Notes: a model not told the origin generated them from the sequence alone. DNA of 64,000 bases from an uncultured Chloracidobacterium sp. (GCA_964543865.1 CAZIZR010000010.1:15111-79110); one strand, 5' to 3'. Shown: positions 9,604 through 20,406, numbered from the stretch's first letter. Numbers and translations are program-made.

Positions 9604-9749
9604 TGCTTACGCCGGAGTCGCAAAAACGGATTCACCTACATTAATTGCTACCGTATTTTTATATTATACCTTTCGCTTTCGGCGGCAAAGCAAAATCGAC
9701 GATTACGAATAAAAACGACAAAATTATGACGAACGCCGGACGATACACG

Positions 9750-9778
9750 TTGCCCTTGACCTCAATTTCGATTACAAT
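9750..9778 (+). promoter_or_regulatory. Candidate sigma70-type promoter for ruvA
   Basis: TTGCCC (9750..9755), 17-nt spacer, TACAAT (9773..9778), 21 nt before the ruvA ATG. Confidence 0.3.
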
Positions 9779-9799
9779 TTGCGTTGCACGTGTGAAACA

Positions 9800-10411
9800 A
9801 TGATCGCCTTTCTTTCCGGCAAACTACTAGAAAAGCAAGCAAATACGGCTATCGTCGATGTCGGCGGTGTCGGGTACGAAGTGTCGATACCCCTTTCGAC
9901 CTTTTATGAGCTTGGCGAAGTCGGTTCGGACGTCGGTTTGCGCATTTACACGCACGTCCGCGAAGACGCGATACAGCTATTTGGCTTCAAGACTGTCCGT
10001 GAACGCGACCTCTATCTTCGCCTGATCTCAGTTCAGGGCATCGGCCCGAAAATGGGGATCACGATGCTTTCGGGGATGAGTGCCGATGAGATCATTTTGG
10101 CGATCCGCACCGAAGATCTTGCACGGCTGACAAGTATTCCCGGCGTGGGACGTAAGACCGCGGAGCGTTTGGCGATAGAACTGCGTGATAAGATCGGCGA
10201 GCTTTCTACGGGCGGAACCGCCGCGTTGGAAGCAAGTTCACCATCATCGCTGCCGTCCGATGCCGTATTCGAAGACGCCCTTTCAGCCCTCGTAAATCTC
10301 GGATATCAACGCCCCGCCGCCGAAAAAGCTCTAAAACAAGCCGCTCAAGACGGCACCGAGATCACGGTTCAGAAACTGCTGCGAAAAGCTCTGCAGGTGC
10401 TCGCAAAATAA
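9800..10411 (+). CDS. ruvA: Holliday junction DNA helicase subunit RuvA
   Basis: MIAFLSGKLLEK...VDVGGVGYEV, HhH motifs GIGPKMG and IPGVGRKTAERL, C-terminal domain ALVNLGY. Confidence 0.9.
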   Translation: MIAFLSGKLLEKQANTAIVDVGGVGYEVSIPLSTFYELGEVGSDVGLRIYTHVREDAIQLFGFKTVRERDLYLRLISVQGIGPKMGITMLSGMSADEIILAIRTEDLARLTSIPGVGRKTAERLAIELRDKIGELSTGGTAALEASSPSSLPSDAVFEDALSALVNLGYQRPAAEKALKQAAQDGTEITVQKLLRKALQVLAK

Positions 10412-10420
10412 CGCCGCCGG

Positions 10421-11182
10421 ATGCTTGAACTCATAAGACAAATCCGCGGCGATTTTGCCAAACTCGACCGCCGTGCGGTGTTTGCATTTGTCTATGCCGC
10501 CATTGGGCTGACCTGCATCACATATTTCAAAGACCCGACCTATCTTGCGGCAATCTTATCGAACACGAGATTCGCTCAGATCGGTGATGAGGCCGCTCAT
10601 CCGACGAACAATAATCTCTACAGTCTGATCTGGTGGGTGTTTGTATCAGTGACTTTCTATTTCATCGTACCCGCGATCTTTGTAAAGTTCGTCCAAAAGC
10701 GAAAGCTGAGCGACATCGGGCTGAAGCTTACGATCGAACCCGGCTTTTTGAAACTACTCGCCCTCTGCATCGCGATCATGCTGCCGCTCGTCTATCTGAT
10801 GTCGATGACCGGCAGTTTTTCGGCAAAGTATCCTTTCCTAAAGGGTTACAACGCTGACCCGTATCTCTCGTGGACGCTGCTCATTTGGGAACTCATATAT
10901 TTCTTCCAGTTCTTTGGACTCGAATTTTTCTTTCGCGGTTTTCTGGTTCACAGCCTAAAACCGTCGCTCGGTGTTTATTCGATCCTAGCAATGACCGTCC
11001 CTTATACCATGATCCACTTTCAAAAGCCTATGCCCGAGACGTTTGCCGCGATCTTTGCGGGGCTGTTTCTCGGCTGGATCTCGTATAAGAACGGCACGAT
11101 CTGGCTCGGGCTGGTGCTGCATTGCACAGTCGCATTTTCGATGGATATTTTGGCTCTGTGGAACAAAGGGCTATTATTTTGA
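10421..11182 (+). CDS. CPBP family intramembrane glutamic endopeptidase (CAAX/Abi protease)
   Basis: Polytopic membrane protein with LEFFFRGFL (EExxxR-type motif 1), MIHF and LVLHCTVAF histidine motifs. Confidence 0.8.
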   Translation: MLELIRQIRGDFAKLDRRAVFAFVYAAIGLTCITYFKDPTYLAAILSNTRFAQIGDEAAHPTNNNLYSLIWWVFVSVTFYFIVPAIFVKFVQKRKLSDIGLKLTIEPGFLKLLALCIAIMLPLVYLMSMTGSFSAKYPFLKGYNADPYLSWTLLIWELIYFFQFFGLEFFFRGFLVHSLKPSLGVYSILAMTVPYTMIHFQKPMPETFAAIFAGLFLGWISYKNGTIWLGLVLHCTVAFSMDILALWNKGLLF

Positions 11183-11195
11183 CAGACTTAATTAA

Positions 11196-11265
11196 AACAG
11201 GATGAACAGGATAGTCAGGATTTCTCTGTCTCTACTCTTATCCTACTGATCCTGTAAATCCTGTT
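11196..11265. repeat. Long imperfect hairpin built from duplicated word aacaggat (terminator-like, after the CPBP gene)
   Basis: Left arm aacaggatgaacaggatagtcaggat (11196..11221). Right arm atcctactgatcctgtaaatcctgtt (11240..11265). Confidence 0.6.
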
Positions 11266-11290
11266 AGAATTATTGTTTCGGTTGATCTAC

Positions 11291-12331
11291 ATGACACAAG
11301 GTGCAGCGATAAACATCCGTGACGAAGACCTCTCCGCTGACGAGAGCCGATTTGAGGCGACGCTGCGTCCGACGCAACTTGCCGAGTACATTGGCCAGGC
11401 AAAGGTCAAAGAAAACCTGCTCGTCTTTATGAAAGCCGCGCTCAAACGCCGCGAAGCTCTCGACCACATCTTGCTGACCGGCCCGCCGGGCGTTGGCAAG
11501 ACGACCCTTTCTAACATTGTCGCAACGGAAATGGGTGCCAATCTTAAATCGACATCCGGCCCGGTGATCGAAAAGGCCGGTGATCTAGCCGCGATCCTGA
11601 CCGGATTAGAAGAGGGCGATGTTCTCTTCATCGACGAGATCCACCGCCTAAATCCGGCGATCGAAGAGATCCTCTACCCCGCGATGGAGGATTACAATCT
11701 CGACATCATGATCGGCCAGGGCACCGCCGCACGTTCGATCAAACTTGAGCTGCCAAAATTTACCCTTGTCGGTGCAACGACGAGGCCGGGTTTGATCACA
11801 GCACCGCTGCGAGGCAGATTTGGCATAATCTTTCACCTGGATTTTTACGGAGTCGATGATCTGCAAACGATCTGCAAACGTTCGGCGGGCATTTTGAACG
11901 TAGAGATCGACGAGCAAGGTTCGCATGAGATCGCCCGCCGCGGACGAGGCACGCCGCGTATCGTCAATCGTCTTCTCCGCCGCGTGCGAGATTTTGCCGA
12001 GGTCGATCACGACGGATGCGTCACCGAACACGTCGCCTGTGACGCACTCGACAGGATGGAGGTGGATAGCTATGGCCTCGACGAAATGGACGCCAAGCTG
12101 CTCAAAACCATCATCGAAAAATTTGACGGCGGCCCCGTCGGCCTCAGCACCATCTCGGCTGCGATCCATGAGGAAAAAGACTCGATCGAAGAGATCATAG
12201 AACCATACCTGCTCCAGATCGGATTCCTAAACCGCACGCCACGCGGGCGCATGGCGACACGGCTTGCTTACGAGCATTTTGGCTTGTCCTCGCTGATGCG
12301 TACCGACGTTCCGACGCCCTTATTTGAATAG
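11291..12331 (+). CDS. ruvB: Holliday junction branch migration helicase RuvB
   Basis: [19 protein letters not shown], Walker [37 protein letters not shown]. Confidence 0.95.
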   Translation: MTQGAAINIRDEDLSADESRFEATLRPTQLAEYIGQAKVKENLLVFMKAALKRREALDHILLTGPPGVGKTTLSNIVATEMGANLKSTSGPVIEKAGDLAAILTGLEEGDVLFIDEIHRLNPAIEEILYPAMEDYNLDIMIGQGTAARSIKLELPKFTLVGATTRPGLITAPLRGRFGIIFHLDFYGVDDLQTICKRSAGILNVEIDEQGSHEIARRGRGTPRIVNRLLRRVRDFAEVDHDGCVTEHVACDALDRMEVDSYGLDEMDAKLLKTIIEKFDGGPVGLSTISAAIHEEKDSIEEIIEPYLLQIGFLNRTPRGRMATRLAYEHFGLSSLMRTDVPTPLFE

Positions 12332-12474
12332 GTGTCTCTCCCCCCGAAATAATCATTGATACCCGTCCTGTCGAAATGCTATTCTAGTAATTCGTTTGCC
12401 CCTCTAACTCAAATATTCAGAGTCCTGATCTGCCGGAGGTTTTCATGCTTTTCGCCAATTGTCCGAAGTTAGAT

Positions 12475-14502
12475 ATGCCTACTATCCGCACACGTTTTTT
12501 CACCGCGTTCTTTACATTTGTCGTTATCAGCGTCGCGAGCATCGCCGCATTCAGCCAGAGCAGCAGCGTCTCGGCTGGTGACCAGAAAAGAACCCCGACA
12601 AAAAAGGAGATGTTAAAGCATGAACGCGAGCGCGAGGCTGCTCGACAGTTTACGCTTAGGTACAGTCCCGCCGCCAACCAGCGCTTACAGAAGGGCAAGA
12701 TCGTCCAGCCGACGATGCAATATTACGGTGTTTCGGAATCGTTAAGCGAGATAGCTAAACGCCCACAGCCTGAGATAAGCAAAGAAGATGGACCTTTGTT
12801 TGAAGATCACCCCGAAGAGCTTTTCGAAGAGCCGATGAAGCGTGCTCGAAAATCTGCCGACGACCCGGTCCAGAGGGTTGCCGGAGCGGAGCTATCGGCG
12901 GTTGTCGGAGCAAACTTTACTGCGGTTTCGGCCGCTGGTTCGGCACCGCCTGACACCACGCTTGCGGTCGGGCCTAATCACATCATCGTCTGGGTAAATT
13001 CGAGATTTGCGGTTTATAACAAAGCCGGTACGCTGCTGAGCGGCCCGACGGCCGGCAACGCTTTGTTTACGGGAATGGGTAATGTCTGTGCAACGACCAA
13101 TCGCGGCGACCCGATCTTGCAATATGACAAACTCGCCGACCGCTGGATCCTCAGCCAGTTTGCTTTCACGGTTAATACAGCACCTCCTTTGCTACAGTGC
13201 ATCGCGGTCTCGACCAGCCCTGACCCGCAGGGAACATACCACCGCTACTCGATCAATTTTGATGCGAGCGGGTTTAACGACTATGGCAAACTGGGCGTGA
13301 TGCCTGAGGCTTATTACACCTCGTACAACATGTTCACGGGTTCGCCACTGACAAACATTGGCGTCGCTCTGTGTGCGTCAGACCGCGTCAAGATGCTCGC
13401 CGGCGACCCGACGGCAACCACACTCTGCGGGCCGGTCGCTTTCTATGGAGGGGGCGGATCTTTCCTCCCGGCTGATCTTGACGGCACGACTCCCCCCACA
13501 GTCACTGACCAGGGCGGCATCTTTATCCGGCAAAACACTGCGCCGTCAATCATTATCATCAAACTCAAGGCAGACTTTGCCGCTGGCACCGCTACTCTGA
13601 CAAATGGGTTTGGCGGTGCCGCGGGCAGCACGATCAGCGTGCCGATTCCGACGACCTTACGTTCATGTAGCGGCGGCGGCGGCACTTGCATTGCCCAACC
13701 CGGCACGACCAATTTACTTGATACGCTCGGCAGCCGCCTGATGTATCGTGCTGCATACCGTAATCGCGGCGGGGTTGAAAGTTTGGTTTTTGCCCAGTCA
13801 GTCGATCCTGACGGAACGGGAGGAGCACGCGGTTCGGCAGCGCGTTGGTACGAGATCCGCGATCCTTTTGCGGCTGTGCCGACGATGTTTCAGGTAAGCA
13901 CATTTGACGGCGATGGAACCGGCGACCGCTGGATGGGTTCGATCGCGATGAATAAGAACGGCGATATGATGATGGGCTACTCGATCGCGAACGTCGGCAC
14001 AAATCTAAAGCCTTCGATCGCGATCACCGGACGCCGCTTGAGCGACCCTGTGAACACGATGCAAACGGAGACCATCGCTTTTACCGGCAGCGGCTCGCAA
14101 ACCGGTACGCTGACACGTTGGGGTGATTACACGACGATGCAGGTCGATCCGTCGGACGACGAAGGCTTTTGCTTTGTTGGGCAATATCTGCCCGCTGACG
14201 GCACATTTAACTGGGCGACCCGCGTCGTCTGTGCAAAATTTCCGTCATTGAACGTCACCATATCCGGCCGCGTACTGACCGCAAACGGACGTGGCGTTCG
14301 CAATGCTGTGGTCAGGCTGACCAATCCCGATTCGTCTTTCCGTACCGTCGTCACGGGGCCATTTGGGCAGTTTAGCTTCCCAAACACGGCCACAGGTGCA
14401 ACATACGGACTGTCCGCGACGAGCCGCCGATTCACCTTTGGCACCCAAAACGTCAGCCCGACCGGCGGCGATGTCACCGGACTAACCATCGTCGCTCAAT
14501 AA
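12475..14502 (+). CDS. Secreted protein of unknown function with C-terminal CarboxypepD_reg-like domain
   Basis: Signal peptide after ATG 12475. The C-terminal ISGRVLTANGRGVRNAVVRLTN...SRRFTFGTQNV resembles the tail of the 1555-aa protein at 20688..25259. Confidence 0.6.
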   Translation: MPTIRTRFFTAFFTFVVISVASIAAFSQSSSVSAGDQKRTPTKKEMLKHEREREAARQFTLRYSPAANQRLQKGKIVQPTMQYYGVSESLSEIAKRPQPEISKEDGPLFEDHPEELFEEPMKRARKSADDPVQRVAGAELSAVVGANFTAVSAAGSAPPDTTLAVGPNHIIVWVNSRFAVYNKAGTLLSGPTAGNALFTGMGNVCATTNRGDPILQYDKLADRWILSQFAFTVNTAPPLLQCIAVSTSPDPQGTYHRYSINFDASGFNDYGKLGVMPEAYYTSYNMFTGSPLTNIGVALCASDRVKMLAGDPTATTLCGPVAFYGGGGSFLPADLDGTTPPTVTDQGGIFIRQNTAPSIIIIKLKADFAAGTATLTNGFGGAAGSTISVPIPTTLRSCSGGGGTCIAQPGTTNLLDTLGSRLMYRAAYRNRGGVESLVFAQSVDPDGTGGARGSAARWYEIRDPFAAVPTMFQVSTFDGDGTGDRWMGSIAMNKNGDMMMGYSIANVGTNLKPSIAITGRRLSDPVNTMQTETIAFTGSGSQTGTLTRWGDYTTMQVDPSDDEGFCFVGQYLPADGTFNWATRVVCAKFPSLNVTISGRVLTANGRGVRNAVVRLTNPDSSFRTVVTGPFGQFSFPNTATGATYGLSATSRRFTFGTQNVSPTGGDVTGLTIVAQ

Positions 14503-14514
14503 CTCTGGGGAAGA

Positions 14515-14578
14515 AGCCCGCACGAAGTAATGGCGTTACATCCAACTTGAGTGTAACGCCCTTACTCCGTGCGGGCTT
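14515..14578. repeat. Long hairpin repeat, family LH (second copy at 57421..57487)
   Basis: aagcccgcacgaagtaatggcgttaca / loop tccaacttgag / tgtaacgcccttactccgtgcgggctt. The 27-nt arms have 2 mismatches. Confidence 0.75.
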
Positions 14579-14701
14579 GCGCCCATAAATTTGCGGCTTT
14601 GCCGCGTCGCAATGCGGCGAGGCTTGCCTCGACGTGACCAACCCCATAAAAACTACTGGAGGCTATGCCTCCAAACGCCGCACCGAACCGGGGACGGACG
14701 G

Positions 14702-14869
14702 AATGGTTCAGGTGCTTCAGCGAATGATTTAGGTACTTCAGCGAATCATTCAGGTGTTTGGGAGAATGGTTCCGTTACGTCACGGAACCATCCAGTTACA
14801 TCACGGAACCATTCTGTTACGTCACAGAATCGTTCTGGTACGACACGGAATCGGCCAGTTACGAACGCG
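14702..14869. repeat. Degenerate tandem repeat, 8 x 21 bp
   Basis: Units start at 14702, 14723, 14744, 14765, 14786, 14807, 14828 and 14849. Examples: aatggttccgttacgtcacgg, aaccatccagttacatcacgg, aaccattctgttacgtcacag. Confidence 0.85.
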
Positions 14870-14885
14870 TAGCGGTCAAATGAAT

Positions 14886-15034
14886 GTAGCCGTGGGTGAA
14901 AACCCACGGAATATTAGGCGGTGCGAACGTTGTCGGGTCAGCGACAATTGAATAAGACCACGGCGATGTTCAACCGTCGCTCCGCGACGCGGACATTATT
15001 ATCCAACCGACCGTGGGTTATCACCCACGGCTAC
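14886..15034. mobile_element. MITE-like element with 24-bp hairpin TIRs (gtagccgtgggtgaWaacccacgg)
   Basis: Left arm 14886..14909. Right arm 15011..15034 is its reverse complement with 1 mismatch. Interior holds short hairpins (tgtcgGGTCAgcgaca, cgtcgcTCCgcgacg). Confidence 0.55.
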
Positions 15035-15063
15035 ACTCACCCTGTCGCTCCGCGACAAAACAT

Positions 15064-15092
15064 AAGGCCCCGTCGACTGACGAGGCCTTTTT
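15064..15092. terminator. Stem-loop with T-run (aaggccccgtc-gact-gacgaggcctt-ttt) between convergent genes
   Basis: 10-11 bp GC-rich stem, TTTTT on the + strand and a weaker U-tract on the - strand (downstream of gyrA). Confidence 0.55.
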
Positions 15093-15098
15093 ATCTCG

Positions 15099-15168
15099 GG
15101 CGGAAACGCGACCGTTAGGAAGCGTGCGGGTCTGGAACTGCACGCTCGTTCACACTCGCGTTTCTGCC
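15099..15168. repeat. Hairpin repeat family R2 (ggcRgaaacgcga...tcgcgtttctgcc), abutting the gyrA stop codon
   Basis: ggcggaaacgcgaccgttaggaagcgtgc + 12 nt + gcacgctcgttcacactcgcgtttctgcc. Half-copies recur at 25341, 25386 and 25683. Confidence 0.7.
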
Positions 15169-15169
15169 T

Positions 15170-17719
15170 TTATTCCTCTTCATCCTCCGCAGCCGCTAAT
15201 AGTGACGCGGATGTTACGAGGTCGTCGTCGCCGCATTTTATCAGGGTGACGCCTTGGGCGGAGCGGCCGGTTTCGCGGATCTTGTCAACGCCGAGGCGGA
15301 TGAGCTTTGCCTGTTGGGTGATGATCATTATCTCGCTGTCGTCGGCGACCGGAAACGCCGCGACGACCCTACCGGTCTTGTCGGTCGTTTTCATATTTAT
15401 AACGCCGATGCCGCCGCGTTTTGCCAGGCGATAGCTGCCGACGGTCGTCTGTTTGCCAAAACCTTTTTCCGAGACAGACAAGATCTTTTCGCTGCCCTCC
15501 TGCGAAACCGAGCAGACCGAGACGACATAATCGCCGGAGCGAAGATTGACGCCGCGAACGCCGCGTGCCGCACGTCCCATCGGGCGAACGTCCGTTTCCT
15601 GAAACCTCACGGCCATGCCGTCGTGCGTCGCGACAAATATCTGCCGCTTGCCGTCGGTGCGGATGACCTCGAGCAGCTCGTCGCCCTCGTCGATGTTGAT
15701 GGCGTTGATGCCGTTGGCACGGATGTTTTGATACTCCGAAAGCAGCGTCTTTTTGATGACGCCGTGCTTGGTGACCATCGTCAAATAGACCTCTTCGCTA
15801 AAATCACGCACGGCCATTGTCGCGACGAGCTTACGCTCGCTGGATAGCTGGACCATGTTGACCACGGCTTTGCCCCGAGCAGCGGCGGCGGCCTCAGGTA
15901 TCTCGTGGACCTTCATCTTAAAGACCTGGCCGTCGTCCGTAAAGATCATCAGAGCGTCGTGCGTCGATGCCGTGAACAGGTGCTCGACAAAATCCTCGTT
16001 CTTGGCGGTCGCACCAAGACGTCCCTTGCCGCCGCGTCCCTGCCGCGAATAGGTCGAGACAGGCGTTCGTTTGATATAGCCGGCCTTAGTGACGGTGATC
16101 GCGACCTCTTCGTCGGCGATGAGATCCTCGATGTTAAACTCGGCGTCGGCATCGACGATCACCGTGCGGCGGGCGTCGCCATAGGCCTTTTTGACCTCGG
16201 TCAGCTCGTCCACGATCACCTGACGCAGCACGCTTTCATTCGCAAGGATATTCTCAAGCTCTGCAATGTATTTGATGATCTCGGCGTATTCGTCGAGGAT
16301 CTTTTGCCGCTCAAGCGCGCTCAATCTGCGAAGCTGCAGATCGAGGATCGCCTGTGCCTGAATGTCGGAAAACTCAAGGCTGTTGATGACCTTGGTCAGT
16401 TCTTTTAGAAACTGGTCCTTAGACTTTTCACCGGTCACGCCGCGCCACGCTGATATCTCGGACGCGGTCTTAAGGTCCGCCGTCAGCCATTGTTTCGCCT
16501 CATCCACCGAGCGTGAATTGCGGATCGCCGGGATGATGTAATCGAGGGCGTCGATGGCTTTGTTGAGTCCCTCTAAGATGTGAGCACGTGCCTGCGCCTT
16601 TCTGAGGTCAAACTCAGTCCTGCGGCGAACCACCTCGCGGCGAAAATCGACAAATGCCTCGAGCATCTGCTTGAGCGTCAGCACTTTTGGCTGGCCGTCA
16701 ACGATCGCGATATTGATGATGCCAAACGACGATTGCATCGGCGTCAGCTTGTAGAGTTTGTTTAGTATGACCTGCGGGATAGCGTCGCGCTTTAGCTCGA
16801 TGACGACGCGCATTCCCTCGCGGTTCGATTCGTCGCGGATCTCTGAGATACCGTCGAGCTTTTTCTCATGGACAAGCTCGGCGATCTTTTCGATCAGACG
16901 GGCCTTGTTGACCTGATACGGTATCTCGGTGATGACGACGGCATTGCGAACGCGGTCGCCGCGTCCGATCTCATCGACGACGGCCTTGGCGCGCATCTGG
17001 ATGATGCCGCGGCCCGTCTTGTACGCACTGATGATGCCCTCGCGGCCGTAGATAAATCCGGCGGTCGGAAAATCGGGGCCGGGAACGTGCTTGATAAGCT
17101 GGTCAAATGTGATCTCAGGCTCTTTGATCAGGGCGATCGTCGCATCGAGCACCTCGCTCAGATTGTGCGGCGGTATCTTGGTCGCCATACCGACGGCGAT
17201 GCCCTCAGAACCATTTACGAGCAACAGCGGAACGCGAGTTGGCAGCACACGCGGCTCCGATAAAGATTCGTCGTAGTTTGGCTGAAAATCGACCGTCTCT
17301 TTGTTGATGTCGTCGAGTATCTCGCTCGCGATCTTTGCCAGCCGGACCTCGGTATAACGCATCGCAGCGGCGTTATCGCCGTCGATCGAGCCAAAGTTTC
17401 CCTGCCCGTCCACCAGCGGATAACGCATCGAAAAATCCTGCGCCATACGCACGATCGAATCGTAGATCGCCGAATCGCCGTGTGGGTGATATTTACCCAT
17501 CACATCGCCGACGGCACGTGCCGATTTACGATACGCCTTGCCGGCGACATTGCCCTGCTCGTACATGCCGAACAAGATACGGCGATGAACCGGTTTGAGC
17601 CCGTCGCGCACATCCGGCAGAGCACGGCCGATGATGACGGACATGGCATAGTCGAGATACGACCGGCGCATCTCGTCTTCGATATTGATTGGTTGTGATT
17701 GGTCTAAAAGTGAATCCAT
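15170..17719 (-). CDS. gyrA: DNA gyrase subunit A
   Basis: [32 protein letters not shown], active-site region AAMRYTE, C-terminal beta-pinwheel repeats, acidic tail. Confidence 0.97.
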   Translation of the reverse strand: MDSLLDQSQPINIEDEMRRSYLDYAMSVIIGRALPDVRDGLKPVHRRILFGMYEQGNVAGKAYRKSARAVGDVMGKYHPHGDSAIYDSIVRMAQDFSMRYPLVDGQGNFGSIDGDNAAAMRYTEVRLAKIASEILDDINKETVDFQPNYDESLSEPRVLPTRVPLLLVNGSEGIAVGMATKIPPHNLSEVLDATIALIKEPEITFDQLIKHVPGPDFPTAGFIYGREGIISAYKTGRGIIQMRAKAVVDEIGRGDRVRNAVVITEIPYQVNKARLIEKIAELVHEKKLDGISEIRDESNREGMRVVIELKRDAIPQVILNKLYKLTPMQSSFGIINIAIVDGQPKVLTLKQMLEAFVDFRREVVRRRTEFDLRKAQARAHILEGLNKAIDALDYIIPAIRNSRSVDEAKQWLTADLKTASEISAWRGVTGEKSKDQFLKELTKVINSLEFSDIQAQAILDLQLRRLSALERQKILDEYAEIIKYIAELENILANESVLRQVIVDELTEVKKAYGDARRTVIVDADAEFNIEDLIADEEVAITVTKAGYIKRTPVSTYSRQGRGGKGRLGATAKNEDFVEHLFTASTHDALMIFTDDGQVFKMKVHEIPEAAAAARGKAVVNMVQLSSERKLVATMAVRDFSEEVYLTMVTKHGVIKKTLLSEYQNIRANGINAINIDEGDELLEVIRTDGKRQIFVATHDGMAVRFQETDVRPMGRAARGVRGVNLRSGDYVVSVCSVSQEGSEKILSVSEKGFGKQTTVGSYRLAKRGGIGVINMKTTDKTGRVVAAFPVADDSEIMIITQQAKLIRLGVDKIRETGRSAQGVTLIKCGDDDLVTSASLLAAAEDEEE

Positions 17720-17888
17720 TTACTTAAAAAATCCTCAGGTTTTTCCGGATCGAAAGAGGCGTGTTGTCGTACTGTTTCTGGAAAAGTGAGTGCCTTAACT
17801 ATTTCTATATTTTACAGGCTAAAAGCCTGCTTCGCAACTCGTGAAACTCCCTGCTTCACCTGTTTTTCCGGCATTTTTTTGACCTGAA

Positions 17889-18701
17889 ATGTTAACCGCA
17901 GAATCACAACAGACCCGTGCTATCGACCCGGCCATCTCGCGGCCGATCGTCGAAAAAGAGAACCGGCGCATCACACGAATTGCGCTGCCTCTGCCGGTGC
18001 GCGTCGAGGTCAAGCTCGACAGTGATCTCAGTTGGTACGAGATTACACGATTAAATGATATCTCGGCATTTGGCGCAGGTTTTTTGGTCAAACGCCCTAT
18101 CAAACGCGGCCGTCTCGTGCTGCTGACTGCTCCGATACCGCGACAGCTGCGTTCCTTCGACTATGGCGAGCCGCAATATAAGATCTGGGGACTCGTCCGA
18201 CGCTGCATACCGGTCGGACGCAGCGTCAACGAACAGGAATATTCGATCGGCGTTGCCTTTACGGGGCGAAAGCCGCCCGATGGCTATCTCGAACACCCGT
18301 CGCGTCTCTATGATCTGACGCACCGCGAAGAAGAAAGCGGTGGTTTCTGGAATCTGACCGAGGCGGATCTACGTGCCGACGACAGCGATCTGCCAAAAGA
18401 CCTGCGTAAACAAACACGCTACTTTATCCCCGAGGCACTAAGGCTCGAAAAGGTAGATGACGCCGGCAATGTACTCTTTTCAGAATCGACCGTAACAGAA
18501 AACATCAGCCTAGGTGGAGCAGCCGTCTTTACGACACTCGACGCGGCGCCCGGCACATTCTTACGCGTGACGAGCGAGCGGTTCGCGATACAAATCCTAT
18601 CCGTCGTGCGCAGCTCCCGCGTTGGCCCCGATGGCATCACGCGGCTACACCTCGAATTTATCGACCGGTTTTTCCCGCTCGAAGGCGTCGTTTCCGCCTA
18701 G
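17889..18701 (+). CDS. Tandem PilZ-domain protein (putative c-di-GMP receptor)
   Basis: Two RxxxR...D/NxSxxG-type units: NRRITRIALP...NDISAFGAGF and RKQTRYFIP...ENISLGGAAV. Confidence 0.65.
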   Translation: MLTAESQQTRAIDPAISRPIVEKENRRITRIALPLPVRVEVKLDSDLSWYEITRLNDISAFGAGFLVKRPIKRGRLVLLTAPIPRQLRSFDYGEPQYKIWGLVRRCIPVGRSVNEQEYSIGVAFTGRKPPDGYLEHPSRLYDLTHREEESGGFWNLTEADLRADDSDLPKDLRKQTRYFIPEALRLEKVDDAGNVLFSESTVTENISLGGAAVFTTLDAAPGTFLRVTSERFAIQILSVVRSSRVGPDGITRLHLEFIDRFFPLEGVVSA

Positions 18702-18720
18702 TTTCCCTATTTATTTATTT

Positions 18721-20406
18721 TTAAGGCTGTGGACGAGGCGTCTGAGCAGGCATCGGCGGACGGCCGTTGCGCTGGATGTACATCTTTAACTTACGGCGTT
18801 GTTCGGGCGTCAGATTTTTCGGGTCAAAGCCCGGCGGCAACGGCCCGACTTGATTTGGCGGACGTTGCATATTTGGCGGGATCTGCGTGTTGCGGATAAC
18901 GCTCGTGCGGGTCGTGCCGTCAGGATTTTTTTCGGTAACGACGATATTCCCCTCTTTTCCGCCCGCCGGATACTGGACCGTCGTACCATCCTCATCGGTG
19001 ATCGTGACTGTATCGTCGGCGGATCTGTTGTTTTTGGCAGTGTCGCCCGATCTGCCGCTAGTGTCGGCCTGACGCTGATCCGTCTTTGGCGTCTCTGCGT
19101 TTGCAGCCGCCGCCGAAGACGCAGCCGCTACTTGAGCGCTGTTTGAATTGGCATTGGCATTTGCGTTCGCAACGGCGTTGGAATCAGCTACAACGGGAAC
19201 GTCCGCATTGGCCGCTGACGTCTTGTCGGTATCGGCCGGAGTAATGCCAAAAACCGACGGCTTGAATATGTACAGGCCACTCGCGACAGCCGCTCCGACG
19301 AGCAGCATACCGAGAGCACCCGCAGCAAAACCAAATCTGCGTTTTGGCGGAGCCGATGTCACAAGTGCCGCAGCAACGTTTGTTCGCTGTGCAGCTTTTT
19401 CCCCGTCTTTGACCGACGTAAGCTGCGACAAATTTGCCGGCAATATCTCGGTCTTGGCGTCTGTGCTGTGTATAGTGCCGGCCTGTGTACCAACCGGCAA
19501 GACGTTAGTTCCCTTTCCTAAGACTTCGGTCTTTTCAGACGATGCCGCAATTGTCACCGGATCGGCAAGATAGGCGTAATTCTCGCTCTCACGAAACATC
19601 TGCCGCATCTCGTTTGCCGTCGCCGGACGCTCGTCCGCGTTTAGCGACATCGCCTTTTGCAGGACACCCGCAATGCCGCGTGGTACGGCGGGATTTACAA
19701 CATTTGCCGGGACGAGCGGGTCGTCCTTTTGACTAAGTACGGCCATCGCACGCGTCAGAGCGTCCTCAGGCCCCACATTTGTCAGCAGATGATAGAGCGT
19801 CGCCGCCAGCGAATACAGATCGCTGCGCGGGTCGGTGCCGGTTCCCTGTATCTGCTCAAGCGAAGCATAATTGCGCGAATAGCCAAATATACTCTTTGCC
19901 GCCGTCGCGTGTCCGGCATCGGTCGGGTTGCCCTTAGCCAGGCCAAAATCGAGCAGGATGATGTCGCCGCGCGGCGTGACCTTTAGGTTCTGCGGTTTGA
20001 TGTCTCGGTGGATGACCGGCATCTCTTGGTTGTGCAGATAATCAAGCGCGTCAAGCAGTTGGTCAGCCCATTTTTGCACTTGCTCGACCGTAAACGCCTG
20101 TTTCTCAGGGTCGAGCATACTGCCGACATCGTCGCCCGGGATATACTCCATCACCAGAAACTGGCTGTCGGATTCCTCAAAATGATCGCTCACACGCGGC
20201 AGAGCCGAATGCTTTAGGCTGTTTAGCAACCGCGCCTCACGCTCAATTGCCTTGCGAAAACTGTCGTCCATGCACAGCGTTTCTTTGATCGCAACGGTGC
20301 TGCCAAAACGCTCATCGGTCGCGACATACACCGCTCCCATACCGCCCTGACCGATCTTTTTATCGATACGATAACGCTGCTGCAAAAATGTTCCGGCTTC
20401 GATCAT
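18721..20406 (-). CDS. Ser/Thr protein kinase with TM segment and low-complexity extracellular region
   Basis: GQGGMGAVY, VAIK, HRDIKPQNL, DFGLA. Followed by a TM helix and an Ala/Asn-rich tail. Confidence 0.9.
   Translation of the reverse strand: MIEAGTFLQQRYRIDKKIGQGGMGAVYVATDERFGSTVAIKETLCMDDSFRKAIEREARLLNSLKHSALPRVSDHFEESDSQFLVMEYIPGDDVGSMLDPEKQAFTVEQVQKWADQLLDALDYLHNQEMPVIHRDIKPQNLKVTPRGDIILLDFGLAKGNPTDAGHATAAKSIFGYSRNYASLEQIQGTGTDPRSDLYSLAATLYHLLTNVGPEDALTRAMAVLSQKDDPLVPANVVNPAVPRGIAGVLQKAMSLNADERPATANEMRQMFRESENYAYLADPVTIAASSEKTEVLGKGTNVLPVGTQAGTIHSTDAKTEILPANLSQLTSVKDGEKAAQRTNVAAALVTSAPPKRRFGFAAGALGMLLVGAAVASGLYIFKPSVFGITPADTDKTSAANADVPVVADSNAVANANANANSNSAQVAAASSAAAANAETPKTDQRQADTSGRSGDTAKNNRSADDTVTITDEDGTTVQYPAGGKEGNIVVTEKNPDGTTRTSVIRNTQIPPNMQRPPNQVGPLPPGFDPKNLTPEQRRKLKMYIQRNGRPPMPAQTPRPQP

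Noticed and set aside
14702-14869. CRISPR array
   Set aside because: The units are directly abutting degenerate 21-mers with no unique spacers, and there are no cas genes in the window.
14591-15249. Several 65-93 aa ORFs in the 14.5-15.2 kb gap
   Set aside because: They are translations of tandem or hairpin repeats, with no start context and mutually overlapping frames.
15254-17698. Plus-strand ORFs (up to 197 aa) opposite gyrA
   Set aside because: These are shadow ORFs of a highly conserved gene with no recognisable motifs.
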